Made by a program: the position numbers and the translations under genes. This document shows positions 1 to 10,605 of a stretch of 64,000 nt of DNA, piece by piece. Source of the stretch: Candidatus Spongiisociaceae bacterium (GTDB lineage: Bacteria > Actinomycetota > Acidimicrobiia > Spongiisociales > Spongiisociaceae); the NCBI GenBank assembly GCA_965262915.1, contig OZ253564.1, positions 3,072,001 to 3,136,000 of the forward strand, written 5' to 3'. Below the pieces are notes generated by a model. That model did no database searches. It was not told the DNA's origin and worked only from the letters and a program-made list of their open reading frames with translations. Position 1 is the first letter of the stretch; each line of letters opens with the position of its first letter.

Positions 1-42
1 CACACCGTTCGAGGCGTGGGATACGTGGCGAGGGAACGGTGA
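1..42 (+). CDS. C-terminal fragment of OmpR/PhoB-family response regulator (MprA-like), truncated by window edge
   Basis: Frame 1 reads HTVRGVGYVARER*, the typical winged-helix C-terminus (TVRGVGY); its stop overlaps the kinase GTG start (GTGA). Confidence 0.85.
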   Translation, partial: HTVRGVGYVARER

Positions 43-1410
43 GCCTGCGCTGGAGATGGGCGCTTGGCCTGGGAATGGTGGCCGCTCTGGCCATCGGCCT
101 CACTACCTCCGCCGCCATTGTATCTGCCAAACGCCAGCTACAGGCGACAGTCGATGTGGACTTGAGAGAGCGAGCGGTGGAGGTCAACCGGTGGGCCGGG
201 GTACTGCTCACCAACGGTCGGAACGTCCCTCGGCGCCTCCAACCAAGGATCATCGATTTCGACGCGGTCGTTCAGGCCTTCGACACCGACGGCACAGTCG
301 TCCTGCGGATGGGGCGGGAGGGAGTGGCTCCACCGATCGAGGCAACGGATCTGGCCGTTCTGGCAGGTGGGCGGAGATCGTTGATCCGGGATGTGCGCAT
401 AGACGGCACCCCCTACCGGATGATCACCCTGAGAGTGGCGCGCGCGACCGCTTACGAGACCGGCCCGTTGGCGTTTCAGATCGCGACCGACCGGTCGCGG
501 GTCGATACCAACCTTAAGGCGCCGACCCGCTCGCTGGTCTTGATAGGGGTGGTAGGTGTACTTCTGGTGGCGTTCACCGGCTGGGTCCTTGCCTCCCGGG
601 CGGTGCGGCCGGTTGAGGACCTCCACCGAGGCGGCTGAACAGATAGCCTTCACTGAACAGTTGGATACCGGGGGACAACTGGATACGTCTGCTCCCGGCG
701 AGATCGGTCGGTTGGCCGCTGCTTTCTCCTCGATGCTCGGCGCTCTGTCGGCCTCGAGGCACCAGCAGCAGCGGCTCGTGTCCGATGCCGGTCACGAGTT
801 CCGGACGCCGATCACAGCTCTCAAGACCAATCTCGAAATCCTCAGGCGGCAGGGCGACAGCCTGTCGAGCCGTCAGCGAGCTGAACTTGTCGAAGCGGCC
901 CATTCGGAGTCGAACCAACTAGCCGCTCTGGCTGCCGAGTTGGTCGATCTCGCCTCTGATGTGCATCACACCGACGAGAAGATCACCAACTTGGATCTCG
1001 AGTTGCTGGCCACGGAGGTCGCCAACCGCCACCGCCGGGTTGGTGATAGGAAGATCGTGGTCTCGGGAGAGGGCGCGACGGTGACCGGACGGAGGTCGCA
1101 GTTGGAACGGGCGCTCGGAAACCTGGTCGACAATGGGATCAAGTGGGCAAGTGCGAACGTGGAGATCGTCCTGGATGGATCCACGGTGACCGTTATCGAT
1201 GACGGCCCCGGTGTCGCTGAGCATGAGATCCAACACATTTTCGAGCGTTTCTACCGGTCACGCGAGGCCCGCTCAACACCCGGCACCGGGCTCGGACTGG
1301 CCATCGTGGAACATCTGGTGGTTGCACATGGCGGAACCGTCTTCGCGCGCAATGCTCAATCCGGCGGGGCCGAAGTGGGCTTCACGCTGCCCGTAACCCA
1401 TGATCCGTGA
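39..1410 (+). pseudogene. HAMP-domain sensor histidine kinase (MprB-like) with a +1 frameshift at ~624 (pseudogene or sequencing error)
   Basis: ORF 39-638 has two TM helices and the HAMP start. ORF 556-1410 has the H-box (DAGHEFRTP), N-box (NLVDNG), DDGPG and GTGLGL. Deleting one C at 623/624 gives RPVEDL-TEAAEQIA in one frame. Confidence 0.85.
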
Positions 1411-1559
1411 TGTCCCGGTTCCAATGGCAGCCCCAGCCGGGATCGTCCACTCCCTTCGCCCTCTGGTCCGGGACGGTGTGGGTGATGATGCGGTAACGGG
1501 CCTCGGCGGAGGCTACCGAGACCCGTTACCGGAGGGGAGACGGCTAGTCGGCTGTCAGA

Positions 1560-2042
1560 TCAGGCATCCTCGACACTGGATTCGGATGCCTCCTTCTCTG
1601 CATGCCGGTGACGACCACCGCCTCCATAACATTTGCCATGCTCGGAGCGGACGTCCTCCAACTCCTCCTTCGTGATCTGCCCGTCTTCGAGCGCACCGGC
1701 GAAGGGTCCATCCGGGTCTGTAAGCCGAGCCGCGAAGGGAAGCTCCGCTATCTCCTCACAAGTCAGCACATCGTCCTCCAAGAACGACTCCAACTGAGCC
1801 CGTGCTGTCCGGCGGGCTTCCAGAACCTCGGCCCTCTTCTCCTCGAACGCCGCAACGATTGCGTCGGACTGCTCCTGGGTGATGGTCTCGCCTTCTACGA
1901 GGTCTTCCAGGACTTGTTCCAACAGGCCTGCTCTCTCGTATCGGGATCTGTGTTCGGATCCGTGATGGCCGGCTCGTGCCCATGCAATCGTTGCAACCCC
2001 CAGCACGAGGACCGCAACCACCGGAATGACTATCTTGCGCAT
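1560..2042 (-). CDS. Secreted helical acidic protein of unknown function
   Basis: Signal peptide MRKIVIPVVAVLVLGVATIAWA with an AAGGAG RBS upstream; Glu-rich helical repeats. Confidence 0.7.
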   Translation of the reverse strand: MRKIVIPVVAVLVLGVATIAWARAGHHGSEHRSRYERAGLLEQVLEDLVEGETITQEQSDAIVAAFEEKRAEVLEARRTARAQLESFLEDDVLTCEEIAELPFAARLTDPDGPFAGALEDGQITKEELEDVRSEHGKCYGGGGRHRHAEKEASESSVEDA

Positions 2043-2094
2043 ACCTTGCTCCTTTCTCCAACCGGTTATGCAGAGCAAATCGTCCAATCCCAAC

Positions 2095-2133
2095 CTGTGC
2101 CTTTCCTGAGAGCAACCTGAAGATTCCGTGAGA
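2095..2133 (-). promoter_or_regulatory. Four 11-bp-phased hexamers resembling the MprA box (TCTCAG-N5-TCTCAG)
   Basis: Minus strand reads TCTCAC-ggaat-CTTCAG-gttgc-TCTCAG-gaaag-GCACAG, upstream of the secreted protein gene and next to an OmpR-family system. Confidence 0.6.
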
Positions 2134-2193
2134 AACGACGCGTGTGACAGTTACCTGACCTCAGCCGTCGGGGACGCGCGACGGGGGATAGTT

Positions 2194-2294
2194 CTAGGAG
2201 AATGCTGGAGAACGGGTAAATGATTGGCCCGTCCTCCGCTGACGTGGCACTCTGTCAGTCGGGCCAACGGTGGGGCTTTTCAGCACCCTCCTAG
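2194..2294 (+). mobile_element. MITE family A (~100 bp, CTAG-flanked, IS5-like ends)
   Basis: CTAG-GAGAATGCTG...CAGCACCCTC-CTAG; the internal sequence is homologous to 16787-16892, 22744-22848 and 35449-35553. Confidence 0.8.
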
Positions 2295-2427
2295 ACCGTG
2301 CTTATTCAGATACACCCTGTAGTACCGTTATACAACGTGCCCATCGTTGTGCAGCAAGACTGTGCTATGGCATCAAGCTTCAGAGGGCGGTCCCAAAGGA
2401 ACCAGCGAGAGTCGAGCGCGCTTCTGC

Positions 2428-3231
2428 CTAGAGGTCGAAGGGGGTGTCGGTGAACATGTCGCTCACCTTCGGCTTGGGCCGCTCGGAGGCGGGAGCAGTC
2501 AATCCGAGCCGGGACCGTACCGCCGCGTATCCGCCCGCTTCCAGCTCGTCTGCCAGATCCGGACCGCCGGACTCGACGATACGGCCTCCGATCATGATGT
2601 GGACCCGGTCGGGTACCGCGTACTTGAGGATCCGGCTGTAGTGGGTGATCACCAGCACCGCCACCTCATCGCTACGCATAGCCGACACCGCCTGTGCCAC
2701 CTGTTTGACGGTATCGATGTCGAGGCCCGAATCGACTTCGTCCAACACCATCACCGTGGGTTCCAGTACGGCCATCTGGAATATCTCGGAACGCTTCTTC
2801 TCGCCTCCCGACAGATTCCCGTTGACCGAGCGGCTGAGAAACCGCTCCATGCCGAACCGACGGGCCTCCGCTGCTATCCGGCCTCCCACGTCCGAGGCAG
2901 AGGCCCCTAGGGAGATAGCGGCTTCCTCGACGAACACGGACAGGTCCAGGCCAGGAATCTCCACGGGGTATTGGAAGGCTTGGAGCAACCCGGCTCTCGC
3001 CCGCTCGTCGACGCCCAAGTCGGTAAGGGACCGACCGTCTACGAGTATCGTTCCTGATACCTGGTAGCCCGATTTCCCGGCCAGCACATGGCAGAGGGTG
3101 GACTTTCCTGAGCCGTTGGGACCCATGATGGCGTGCACCTCGCCGAAAGGCACGCTGAGGTCCACGCCTTTGAGGATGTCCAGACTACCCACAGAAGCCT
3201 TCAGACCCTCGACCCGGAGCGCGGTCGTCAT
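2428..3231 (-). CDS. sufC: Fe-S cluster assembly ATPase SufC
   Basis: GEVHAIMGPNGSGKST, AFQYPVEIPG, LSGGEKKRSEI, LDEVDSGLDID, ITHY. Confidence 0.95.
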   Translation of the reverse strand: MTTALRVEGLKASVGSLDILKGVDLSVPFGEVHAIMGPNGSGKSTLCHVLAGKSGYQVSGTILVDGRSLTDLGVDERARAGLLQAFQYPVEIPGLDLSVFVEEAAISLGASASDVGGRIAAEARRFGMERFLSRSVNGNLSGGEKKRSEIFQMAVLEPTVMVLDEVDSGLDIDTVKQVAQAVSAMRSDEVAVLVITHYSRILKYAVPDRVHIMIGGRIVESGGPDLADELEAGGYAAVRSRLGLTAPASERPKPKVSDMFTDTPFDL

Positions 3232-3554
3232 GGCTCCCCCCGTCCGGGCTCGAGTCCCACCATCACCACCCCGTGCTCGACCCGCACCGTGTAGGTGGGG
3301 ACCGGGCGGGTGGCGGGGAGGGAATCGGGGCGGCCGGTCCGCACGTCGAACTCGGAGCCGTGCCGGGGACACTCCACGTCGTAGTCGAACAACTCACCCT
3401 CGGCCAAGGAAGCGTCGGCATGGCTGCACCGGTCGCCGATCACGAAAAAGTCGTCCTCGATACGGAACACGGCCAGACGGTGACCAGCCACCTCCACTCT
3501 CGTACCTTCCCCGTCGAGGAACGTGTCCGCGTCACCTACCCGTATCCACTCCAT
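3228..3554 (-). CDS. Rieske [2Fe-2S] ferredoxin
   Basis: CSH...VECPRHGSEFD motif; translationally coupled between sufD and sufC. Confidence 0.92.
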   Translation of the reverse strand: MEWIRVGDADTFLDGEGTRVEVAGHRLAVFRIEDDFFVIGDRCSHADASLAEGELFDYDVECPRHGSEFDVRTGRPDSLPATRPVPTYTVRVEHGVVMVGLEPGRGEP

Positions 3555-4822
3555 CAGAAGCTCCCCCTCTGCTGGGCACCTGCGAACTTGGCCGCCACCG
3601 CTGCCCGCGAAGGTGGCGCCAGACCGGGAACCGCCAGTTTGGAAAGGATCTCGTTGAAGAACCCGCGAACCAGGAGGCGTTCCGCCTTGTCGGTGGGTAG
3701 ACCGCGGCTCATGAGGTAGTACAACTGGTCCTCGTCGAGCGGGCCGGAAGACGACCCGTGACCGCACTGGAGATCATCGGTGAGGATCTCCAGGTTGGGT
3801 ATCGAGTGGACCTTGGCACCGTCGGACAGCACCAGGTTGCGGTTGGTCTCGAATGCGGAAGTTCCCACCGCCGGGTTCTCGATGCGCATCAACCCGGCCC
3901 ACACCGCCTGGGCTCTATCGGCCACCGCCCCTTTGAGGAAGATGTCGGATGTGGTGTGGGGGCCGTAGTGGGTCACATGGATCCGGTAGTCGAGCACCTG
4001 CCTGCCGTCGCCGAAGTAGATTCCACCCATCTTGACGGACGAGCCCAGACCCTGGAGCGAGATACCCAGACGTTGGCGAGCGTACCGACCGCCCAAGCCG
4101 ATCTCGTCTATGCGTAGAGTCGCATCGCGGTCGGCTACGAACTGGTGGTGGGCGACCATCCGGGCCGAGTCCGCCAAGCGTTGTACCACCGACACGGTCA
4201 GCCTGGCATTCCGGTCGGCCAGTACCTCCAGGATCGGGCATACGAGTACCCGGGCGCCCGGAGCGGAACGGTACACCACGACCACCGACGCCTCCGAGCC
4301 GGGTCCTCCGATGACCATTATGTGGGGGAAGACGGCCGCACCGTCGGTCACCGACTGAACATCCACCACCACCGGCGCGGTCACCGCGCGCCTGGCCGGG
4401 ACGAGGATGGCCGCGCCGGGAGGGCCGAAAGCGTGGTTGGCGGCGGTGAAGATATCGATATCGGGCGGCGCGGCGACGCCGTAGCGGGACCGTACGTGCT
4501 CTTCGGGCATCTCCGAGATTGCCCCGACGGTGACCTCGTCCCCCTCGCTGTCCACCACCGTCCCATCCACCAGCGTCACGCGGGCGACCGAGCCACCCAG
4601 TGCCTCCAGGTACTCATCACTTCCCAGCTCGCCGGACGGCTGCGGGACGGGACCATAGTCATCGAGCGAGAAGTCGAGATCGACATACTTCCAATCCTCG
4701 TCGCCGGCAGACGGCATCGAAGACTCGGACCAGACTTCGAGACCGCGGCGCCGGAGGGGCGCCAACCAGTCAGGGGCGGCATCTGACTTCGAAAGGGCTG
4801 CAAATGGTGATGATCCGGGCAC
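3554..4822 (-). CDS. sufD: Fe-S cluster assembly protein SufD
   Basis: EDWKY, NRNLVLSDGA, SIPNLEI, CGHG, QLYYLMSRG; GTG start placed after a GGAGG RBS. Confidence 0.92.
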   Translation of the reverse strand: MPGSSPFAALSKSDAAPDWLAPLRRRGLEVWSESSMPSAGDEDWKYVDLDFSLDDYGPVPQPSGELGSDEYLEALGGSVARVTLVDGTVVDSEGDEVTVGAISEMPEEHVRSRYGVAAPPDIDIFTAANHAFGPPGAAILVPARRAVTAPVVVDVQSVTDGAAVFPHIMVIGGPGSEASVVVVYRSAPGARVLVCPILEVLADRNARLTVSVVQRLADSARMVAHHQFVADRDATLRIDEIGLGGRYARQRLGISLQGLGSSVKMGGIYFGDGRQVLDYRIHVTHYGPHTTSDIFLKGAVADRAQAVWAGLMRIENPAVGTSAFETNRNLVLSDGAKVHSIPNLEILTDDLQCGHGSSSGPLDEDQLYYLMSRGLPTDKAERLLVRGFFNEILSKLAVPGLAPPSRAAVAAKFAGAQQRGSF

Positions 4823-5039
4823 GGACCGATCCTCCACATCGTGGGTGTCGCATGGTAGACGGGTTCCCCATCGTATTAGCACTATCGCCGTAGTGCGAAG
4901 CCGGTGCTCGCTGACAGATGGCCGGATCAAGGCGTTGACTGCTCCACCTTGTTATAGCTACCAGCTAACGGACGCACAATCACCATTGGCAAAGGTCCGC
5001 TGGCACCGTTCGACCCCCCAGGCTACTCCTCCAACGGCG

Positions 5040-5735
5040 CTACCGGTCACCGATCGCCCCGGCAGCCCTCTCGAAGACGCTGTCCAGCATCTCCTGGGTG
5101 AGCCGCCCGGTGAAGGTGTTCTGCTGGGAAGGGTGGTAGCAACCGATGAGAAGGGGAGCGCCGGGGCCGAGTTCCACCTCCACCCCGTGGCCGAATCGGG
5201 GGCGAGGACGAGGAACCTCCCATCCCCGCTTGAGGCCGAGCCGCAGCGTCTGGTCGAAGGCCATACCTCCGAGGGCAACGATCACCTGCACCCGGCGGCA
5301 CAGATCGAGTTCGGCATCCAGCCAGACCGCGCAGGTGTCCCGCTCCGCGGGGGTCGGGCGGTTACCGGGCGGTACGCACCTCACGATGGCGGTTATGGCG
5401 GCGTCGCGGAGTTCGAACCCGTCGTCGCGGCTGACTGCCACCGGACGGTTGGCGAATCCCGTCCGGTAGAGGGCTCGGAACAGCCACTCGCCGGAGCGGT
5501 CGCCAGTGAACATGCGACCGGTCCGGTTGGACCCGTGGGCGCCCGGTGCGAGGCCGATCATGAGCAGCCGAGCGGTCGGGCCGCCCAGCATCGGCACCGG
5601 GCGGGCCCAGTACTCCTGGTCGGCATAGGCGGCCCTCTTGGAGGCCCCCACATGCTCGCGCCACGCGACCAGTCTCGGGCAGCGGCGGCACTCGATCAGT
5701 TCCTCCTGGGTCCGCCTGAAGGCTTGGTCACTCAC
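5040..5735 (-). CDS. Uracil-DNA glycosylase family 5 (UdgB-like)
   Basis: [44 protein letters not shown]. Confidence 0.92.
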   Translation of the reverse strand: MSDQAFRRTQEELIECRRCPRLVAWREHVGASKRAAYADQEYWARPVPMLGGPTARLLMIGLAPGAHGSNRTGRMFTGDRSGEWLFRALYRTGFANRPVAVSRDDGFELRDAAITAIVRCVPPGNRPTPAERDTCAVWLDAELDLCRRVQVIVALGGMAFDQTLRLGLKRGWEVPRPRPRFGHGVEVELGPGAPLLIGCYHPSQQNTFTGRLTQEMLDSVFERAAGAIGDR

Positions 5736-7348
5736 GATCCGGGTGCGGGGCCGGTCGACGCTCCGGAATCACCGTCCCCTTCCGGCGGAATGGCTGCGGG
5801 CGGTTCGGCCTCGAGAGCACCCACCTTGAACCGGCTCCTCGCGTTCCACAACATCCAACCCAGCTCCAGGCCCTCGGCGGCGTCGATCTCGGCGCGTACC
5901 TGCGAAGGGTCATCGTAATAGAAGTCCTGCAGCCAAGGCCGGATGATGGCCGCTCCTTCCAGACGCTTCATACCGTGGGCGAGTGCAGACCCTACGACCT
6001 CGCCAGGATGATCGTTCGGCTTGTCGAACCCGAACCAGCCCTTCGAGTAGTGGCTCGGGTAGACCATCGGCGAAATCACATCGACCGCGGCCGAGAGGGA
6101 AGCGAACTCCTGGCCGATCCCGCCGTCGTCGGCCACCGAGGTGATGAAGCCGAAGATGTCGGCGGCCACCAGGCAGCCGAGCGGGTGCAGTCGATCGACA
6201 GCCTCCTGCAGGAAGCCGGTGATCGCCTTCTTCCTGACCTCCGCTGAACTGTCGAGGTCGAAGCGGACGGTCTCCGGAAAGCCATCCGGAAAGCGGACGT
6301 AGTCGAATTGGATCTCGTCGAAGCCCGCCGAACAGACCTCGTCGGCAAGGTCCAGCGCGTAGGCCCGGGCCTGGCGGTCGGTGGGATCGAGGAAGTACTG
6401 GTTGCCCTTCCTGTACGGCGACTCGGTAGCGGTGTCGTAAGCCGCCATGTCCTCCCTGAGTCGGGCAGCGATCGGATCCTGGAAGGTCACGATACGAGCG
6501 ATCTTGTAGAGGCCCCGCCGGTCCATTTCGGCCACCACCCTGTCAAGATCGAACAACCTGTCCGCAGCTCCGAGCTGGTTGGCCAGGGCCACTTGCGTGT
6601 CGTAGAGAACACGACCCGACTCGTCCTTGACATCGATGACCAGCGAGTTCACGACCGTCTCATCGGCAATCGCCAGCAGTTCTTCCCACTGTTCGGGGTC
6701 GGTGTGGACCGAATAGGCGACATGAAGTCCTCTGATGACCCGCGGTTTGATCTCGATGTTGGTGACCAGGAACTCGCCGTCCCAATAGAGCGCCCTGTCA
6801 TGCCATCCCGGCCGGCTGACACTGATGGTGCCCACCGACGGGCGACTGATCTCGAAACGGCCCGTCTGGTCGGTCATCACCTCCCTGTCCCCGAGGGACA
6901 CGGAGGCAGCCGACAGACCGAAGCCGTTGCCGTCCACTACCGTACCCCGTAGCACGACAGGGCGGAGCATGAGTTCCAAAGGGTTCTTCTGGAAGGCCTC
7001 CACGGCCACGGCGCCGGGGAAGAACCCTTCGGCCTCGACCGAAACGGAGAACGGTACCCCCTCCCAACGGACCTGGATGACGCCGCTATCGTCGGTGACC
7101 AAGCGGTTGCCGCTGACCTTCGCCCGGGCGCCGATGATCGGGACTCCAAGATCGTCCTGGACCTGAACCGCCACCATCGGAACCCGGCCGGGCGGCGGAA
7201 CGGGCGCCTCCCCGACTACCACCACGGACTGTGCCATGCATCCAGCCAGGAGGATGCCGAGCAGAGCAACAGCCACCGGCCGCGCCCACCGCAGCGGGCT
7301 GTGGCGAAGCGAGGCGGACCGGGGTAGTCCGATCACTGCGCTCCCCAT
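5732..7348 (-). CDS. Lipoprotein with carboxypeptidase-regulatory-like beta domains and a putative glycoside hydrolase (DUF4015-like) domain
   Basis: Lipobox LLAGC; [47 protein letters not shown]. Start approximate. Confidence 0.8.
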   Translation of the reverse strand: MGSAVIGLPRSASLRHSPLRWARPVAVALLGILLAGCMAQSVVVVGEAPVPPPGRVPMVAVQVQDDLGVPIIGARAKVSGNRLVTDDSGVIQVRWEGVPFSVSVEAEGFFPGAVAVEAFQKNPLELMLRPVVLRGTVVDGNGFGLSAASVSLGDREVMTDQTGRFEISRPSVGTISVSRPGWHDRALYWDGEFLVTNIEIKPRVIRGLHVAYSVHTDPEQWEELLAIADETVVNSLVIDVKDESGRVLYDTQVALANQLGAADRLFDLDRVVAEMDRRGLYKIARIVTFQDPIAARLREDMAAYDTATESPYRKGNQYFLDPTDRQARAYALDLADEVCSAGFDEIQFDYVRFPDGFPETVRFDLDSSAEVRKKAITGFLQEAVDRLHPLGCLVAADIFGFITSVADDGGIGQEFASLSAAVDVISPMVYPSHYSKGWFGFDKPNDHPGEVVGSALAHGMKRLEGAAIIRPWLQDFYYDDPSQVRAEIDAAEGLELGWMLWNARSRFKVGALEAEPPAAIPPEGDGDSGASTGPAPGS

Positions 7349-7640
7349 CGCACATGGCAGACCGATGGGCACGGCTCGCGGCTGGTGCATCTGCTCGTTC
7401 GGGCGGATCTGAGACTGATGACCATGGTGGAGCACTCGCCGAGCACATCTACTGCAATGACCTCCAAAGGGTAATAGCACCTCGGAGACTATCTTCAACC
7501 GGTCTCGGCCGAACCGCATCTCCACCCTCGATACAGCCTTTCCCGGGAAGGACTTTACGAAACCAGGAGAGATCACGTTGCGAAATCCGTTTCGGGGTGA
7601 TACGTTGCCTTGCCTCAGCAAAAGAGAGGTTCGTGCAGGC

Positions 7641-8579
7641 GTGGTGATCGTAGCCCGGGAAGCGTTGCCGCTAGCGGATACCGTGGGTATGTACCTGGAG
7701 GAGGTGTCCACCCACTCCCTGCTGACGGCCGAGGACGAAGTGGAACTGTCCCGAACGATGGAACTCGGCCTTCGGGCACAGGAAGAGTTGGACACGTCAC
7801 CCCAACTCGGTCCCACGGAATGTCGCAAACTCCTCCGGTTGGTCCGGCAGGGCGACGAGGCCAAGGCGCTCTTCATCCAATCGAACCTCCGTCTGGTCAT
7901 CTCGATCGCCAAGCGCTACGTGGGTCGCGGTCTGGATCTGATAGACCTGATCCAGGAAGGCAACCTGGGGTTGATCAGAGCGGTCGAGAAGTTCGACTGG
8001 CGCAAAGGGTTCAAGTTCTCCACCTACGCCACCTGGTGGATTCGTCAAGCCATCACAAGAGGCTTGGGGAACCAGGCCCGTACCATCCGTCTCCCGGTTC
8101 ACATGGTGGACATCGTGCGCACCGTGAACGAGACCCGCTACACGCTGACCGAGGAGTTGCGGCGCTCGCCCACCCGCGAGGAGATCGCCGAGGCCAGCGG
8201 ACTCGATATCGACCGGGTGCACGCGGCCCTGGACGCGCCCGGCAGTACGATTTCACTCGACCGGCCCGTCGGGGAGGACGGTGACGCCGCTTTCGGGGAC
8301 TTCGTGGAGGACAAGGGAGCCACCGACCCGTTCGTCCACGCAGCGGTGGAGATCCGCAAGCGGCAGATCGCCGAAGCCCTGACCGTCCTCAACCCGAACG
8401 AGCGCACGGTGATCGTCAAGCGATACGGGCTAGGAGGGTCCGACCCCCATACGCTGACCGACATCGGCGCAATTCTCGGGCTGACCCGCGAGCAGATCCG
8501 CCAGATCGAGAATCGAGCCCTCTCGAAGCTCCGGCATCCCTCGTTCTCCTTCGGACTCAGGTACCTGCTGGAGCTCTAG
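7641..8579 (+). CDS. Sigma-70 factor, RpoD/SigB-like, lacking region 1.1
   Basis: NLRLVISIAKRY, DLIQEGNLGLIRAVEKFD, KFSTYATWWIRQAI, TIRLPVHM and a region 4 HTH; start approximate. Confidence 0.92.
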   Translation: MVIVAREALPLADTVGMYLEEVSTHSLLTAEDEVELSRTMELGLRAQEELDTSPQLGPTECRKLLRLVRQGDEAKALFIQSNLRLVISIAKRYVGRGLDLIDLIQEGNLGLIRAVEKFDWRKGFKFSTYATWWIRQAITRGLGNQARTIRLPVHMVDIVRTVNETRYTLTEELRRSPTREEIAEASGLDIDRVHAALDAPGSTISLDRPVGEDGDAAFGDFVEDKGATDPFVHAAVEIRKRQIAEALTVLNPNERTVIVKRYGLGGSDPHTLTDIGAILGLTREQIRQIENRALSKLRHPSFSFGLRYLLEL

Positions 8580-8633
8580 GAGGGTGGTCTAAACGGTGGC
8601 GAGCAACGGCCGGTCTTCGTGCGAACAGGCATG
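8576..8633 (+). mobile_element. MITE family C, partial (abutted by a family B element)
   Basis: CTAGGAGGGTGGTCTAAACGGTGGCGAGCAACGGCCGGTCTTC matches the starts at 28977, 32339 and 40578. Confidence 0.7.
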
Positions 8634-8779
8634 AGAGGATGCGCGGGTAGGTGCTCACCTGGGGGACAACCCTTTTACGTCAGTTGACAAGTTCCCAGCG
8701 ATAACCAGGGGGTTCTCGCGCCGGAATCGGACAGGCTATTCAGCAGGGCCGGTCGCGATCCTCCTACGCGCACCTTCTT
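8633..8779 (-). mobile_element. MITE family B (~145 bp)
   Basis: Ends GAGGATGCGCGGGTAGG...CCTACGCGCACCTTC; reverse-complement homolog of 23877-24024 along its whole length. Confidence 0.8.
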
Positions 8780-8932
8780 GTGTCATCGGCCGACAAGCCG
8801 TGGAGGGGCTTTGCACCACCCTCCCGGGAGGTACCGGCGGCTGCCGGCCGGTGTCCGGTGGCCAACGGGAAGGAGAAACCTGTGGCGTATCCGCCTTAGC
8901 GGTCGCGTGGTCTCCGCCACCCGGCGACGTGC

Positions 8933-10348
8933 TCAGCCGACCGCGCCCGCCTCCAGCATGTTGAGCTCGATGAGGCGGTTCATCTCGACCGCGTACTCCA
9001 TAGGGAGTTCCTTTACGATCGGCTCGATGAACCCCGCCACCACCATCGACGTGGCCTCGTCCTCGGTGAGTCCTCTGCTCATCAGGTAGAAGAGTTGGTC
9101 CTCGCCCACCTTCGATACGGTCGCTTCGTGGCCGATCTGGGTGTCCGCCTCTTCGATCTCCATATAGGGGTAGGTGTCCGACCGGCTGGCGTCATCCAGG
9201 ATCAGCGCGTCGCACCGGACGAACGACTTGGCCTTCTCGGCACCCGGCTCGACCCGTATCAGCCCGCGGTAACCAGCCCGGCCGCCACCCTTGGTGATGG
9301 ATTTGGACAGGATCGTCGAGGTGGTGTTGGGGGCGGCATGCACCATCTTGGCCCCCGTGTCCTGATGCTGGCCCGGTCCGGCGAAAGCGATCGACAGCAC
9401 CTCACCGTGCGCTCCGGGCTCCATCAGCCACACTGCCGGGTACTTCATCGTGAGCTTCGATCCCAGATTGCCGTCGACCCATTCCATGGTGGCGTCGGCG
9501 TAGACGGCGGCGCGCTTGGTCACCAGGTTGTACACGTTGTTCGACCAGTTCTGGATGGTCGTGTAACGACACCGGCCGCCCCGCTTTACGACTATCTCGA
9601 CCACGGCGGAGTGCAGCGAATCGGTCGAGTAGACGGGCGCGCTGCAACCCTCGACGTAGTGGCAGAACGCTCCCTCGTCGATGATGATCAATGTCCGCTC
9701 GAACTGGCCCATGTTCTCCGAGTTGATCCGGAAGTAGGCCTGGAGGGGCTGGTCGACGTGCACGCCCGGTGGAACGTAGATGAACGAACCGCCCGACCAT
9801 ACGGACGAGTTGAGCGCCGCGAACTTGTTGTCGTTGGGCGGGATGATCTTACCGAAGTGCTCCCGGACGAGGTCGGGGTGCTCCCTAACGGCCGAGTCCA
9901 TGTCCATGAACAGAACGCCGAGACTCTCGAGGTCCTCGCGATTCCGGTGGTAGACGACCTCCGACTCGTACTGGGCGGTCACCCCGGCCAGGAACTTGCG
10001 CTCTGCCTGGGGGATCCCCAGCTTCTCGTAGGTGTCCTTGATGGACTCGGGAACCATGTCCCAGTCCTTGGCCTGCTCCTCGGCCGGCTTGACGTAGTAG
10101 TAGATGTTGTCGAAGTCGATCTCATCGAGCAGCCCGCCGCCGCCCCAGGTGGGCATAGGTCGGCGCAGGAAGCGACGGTACGCCTTGAGGCGGAACTTGA
10201 GCATCCACTCCGGCTCGCCCTTGATGAACGACATCTCGCGGATGATTTCCTCTGATAGGCCCTTCTCGGGTTTGAAGACGTAGTCGTCCTCCGGATCACT
10301 CCAACCGAGCTTGTAGGCGCCGAGATCTATGTCAACTGTGGTGGTCAT
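8933..10348 (-). CDS. sufB: Fe-S cluster assembly protein SufB
   Basis: [64 protein letters not shown]. Confidence 0.97.
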   Translation of the reverse strand: MTTTVDIDLGAYKLGWSDPEDDYVFKPEKGLSEEIIREMSFIKGEPEWMLKFRLKAYRRFLRRPMPTWGGGGLLDEIDFDNIYYYVKPAEEQAKDWDMVPESIKDTYEKLGIPQAERKFLAGVTAQYESEVVYHRNREDLESLGVLFMDMDSAVREHPDLVREHFGKIIPPNDNKFAALNSSVWSGGSFIYVPPGVHVDQPLQAYFRINSENMGQFERTLIIIDEGAFCHYVEGCSAPVYSTDSLHSAVVEIVVKRGGRCRYTTIQNWSNNVYNLVTKRAAVYADATMEWVDGNLGSKLTMKYPAVWLMEPGAHGEVLSIAFAGPGQHQDTGAKMVHAAPNTTSTILSKSITKGGGRAGYRGLIRVEPGAEKAKSFVRCDALILDDASRSDTYPYMEIEEADTQIGHEATVSKVGEDQLFYLMSRGLTEDEATSMVVAGFIEPIVKELPMEYAVEMNRLIELNMLEAGAVG

Positions 10349-10413
10349 GAGATGCTTCTACCGTAACCTCTGCTGTGTCTAGTCGGCCCCGATCGTCACG
10401 GGGCTGCACGACT

Positions 10414-10440
10414 TGATCATACCAACTCTCCTGGTCAATC
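10414..10440 (-). promoter_or_regulatory. Probable sufB -10 element (TATGAT) overlapped by an Rrf2/IscR-like imperfect palindrome
   Basis: Minus strand GATTGACCAGGAGAGTTGGTATGATCA, upstream of sufB. Confidence 0.35.
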
Positions 10441-10605
10441 AGGGCGGCAATCGGTGCTGACAGGGCGCTCGGGCAGGCGGACACGATCACCCCGTGTACT
10501 CACTCCCTATCCGGATGCTGTTCGGGAAACCCCCGATCACCATGGCCGCCCCATGAAATGTCGCAAGCTGTGTTCCCCGGGTGAGTGCCTATCCGTGCCA
10601 TTCTC

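Noticed and set aside
8485-8510. Sigma region 4.2 reads TREQIRQIE instead of TRERIRQIE
   Set aside because: A single substitution is insufficient to claim altered promoter specificity.
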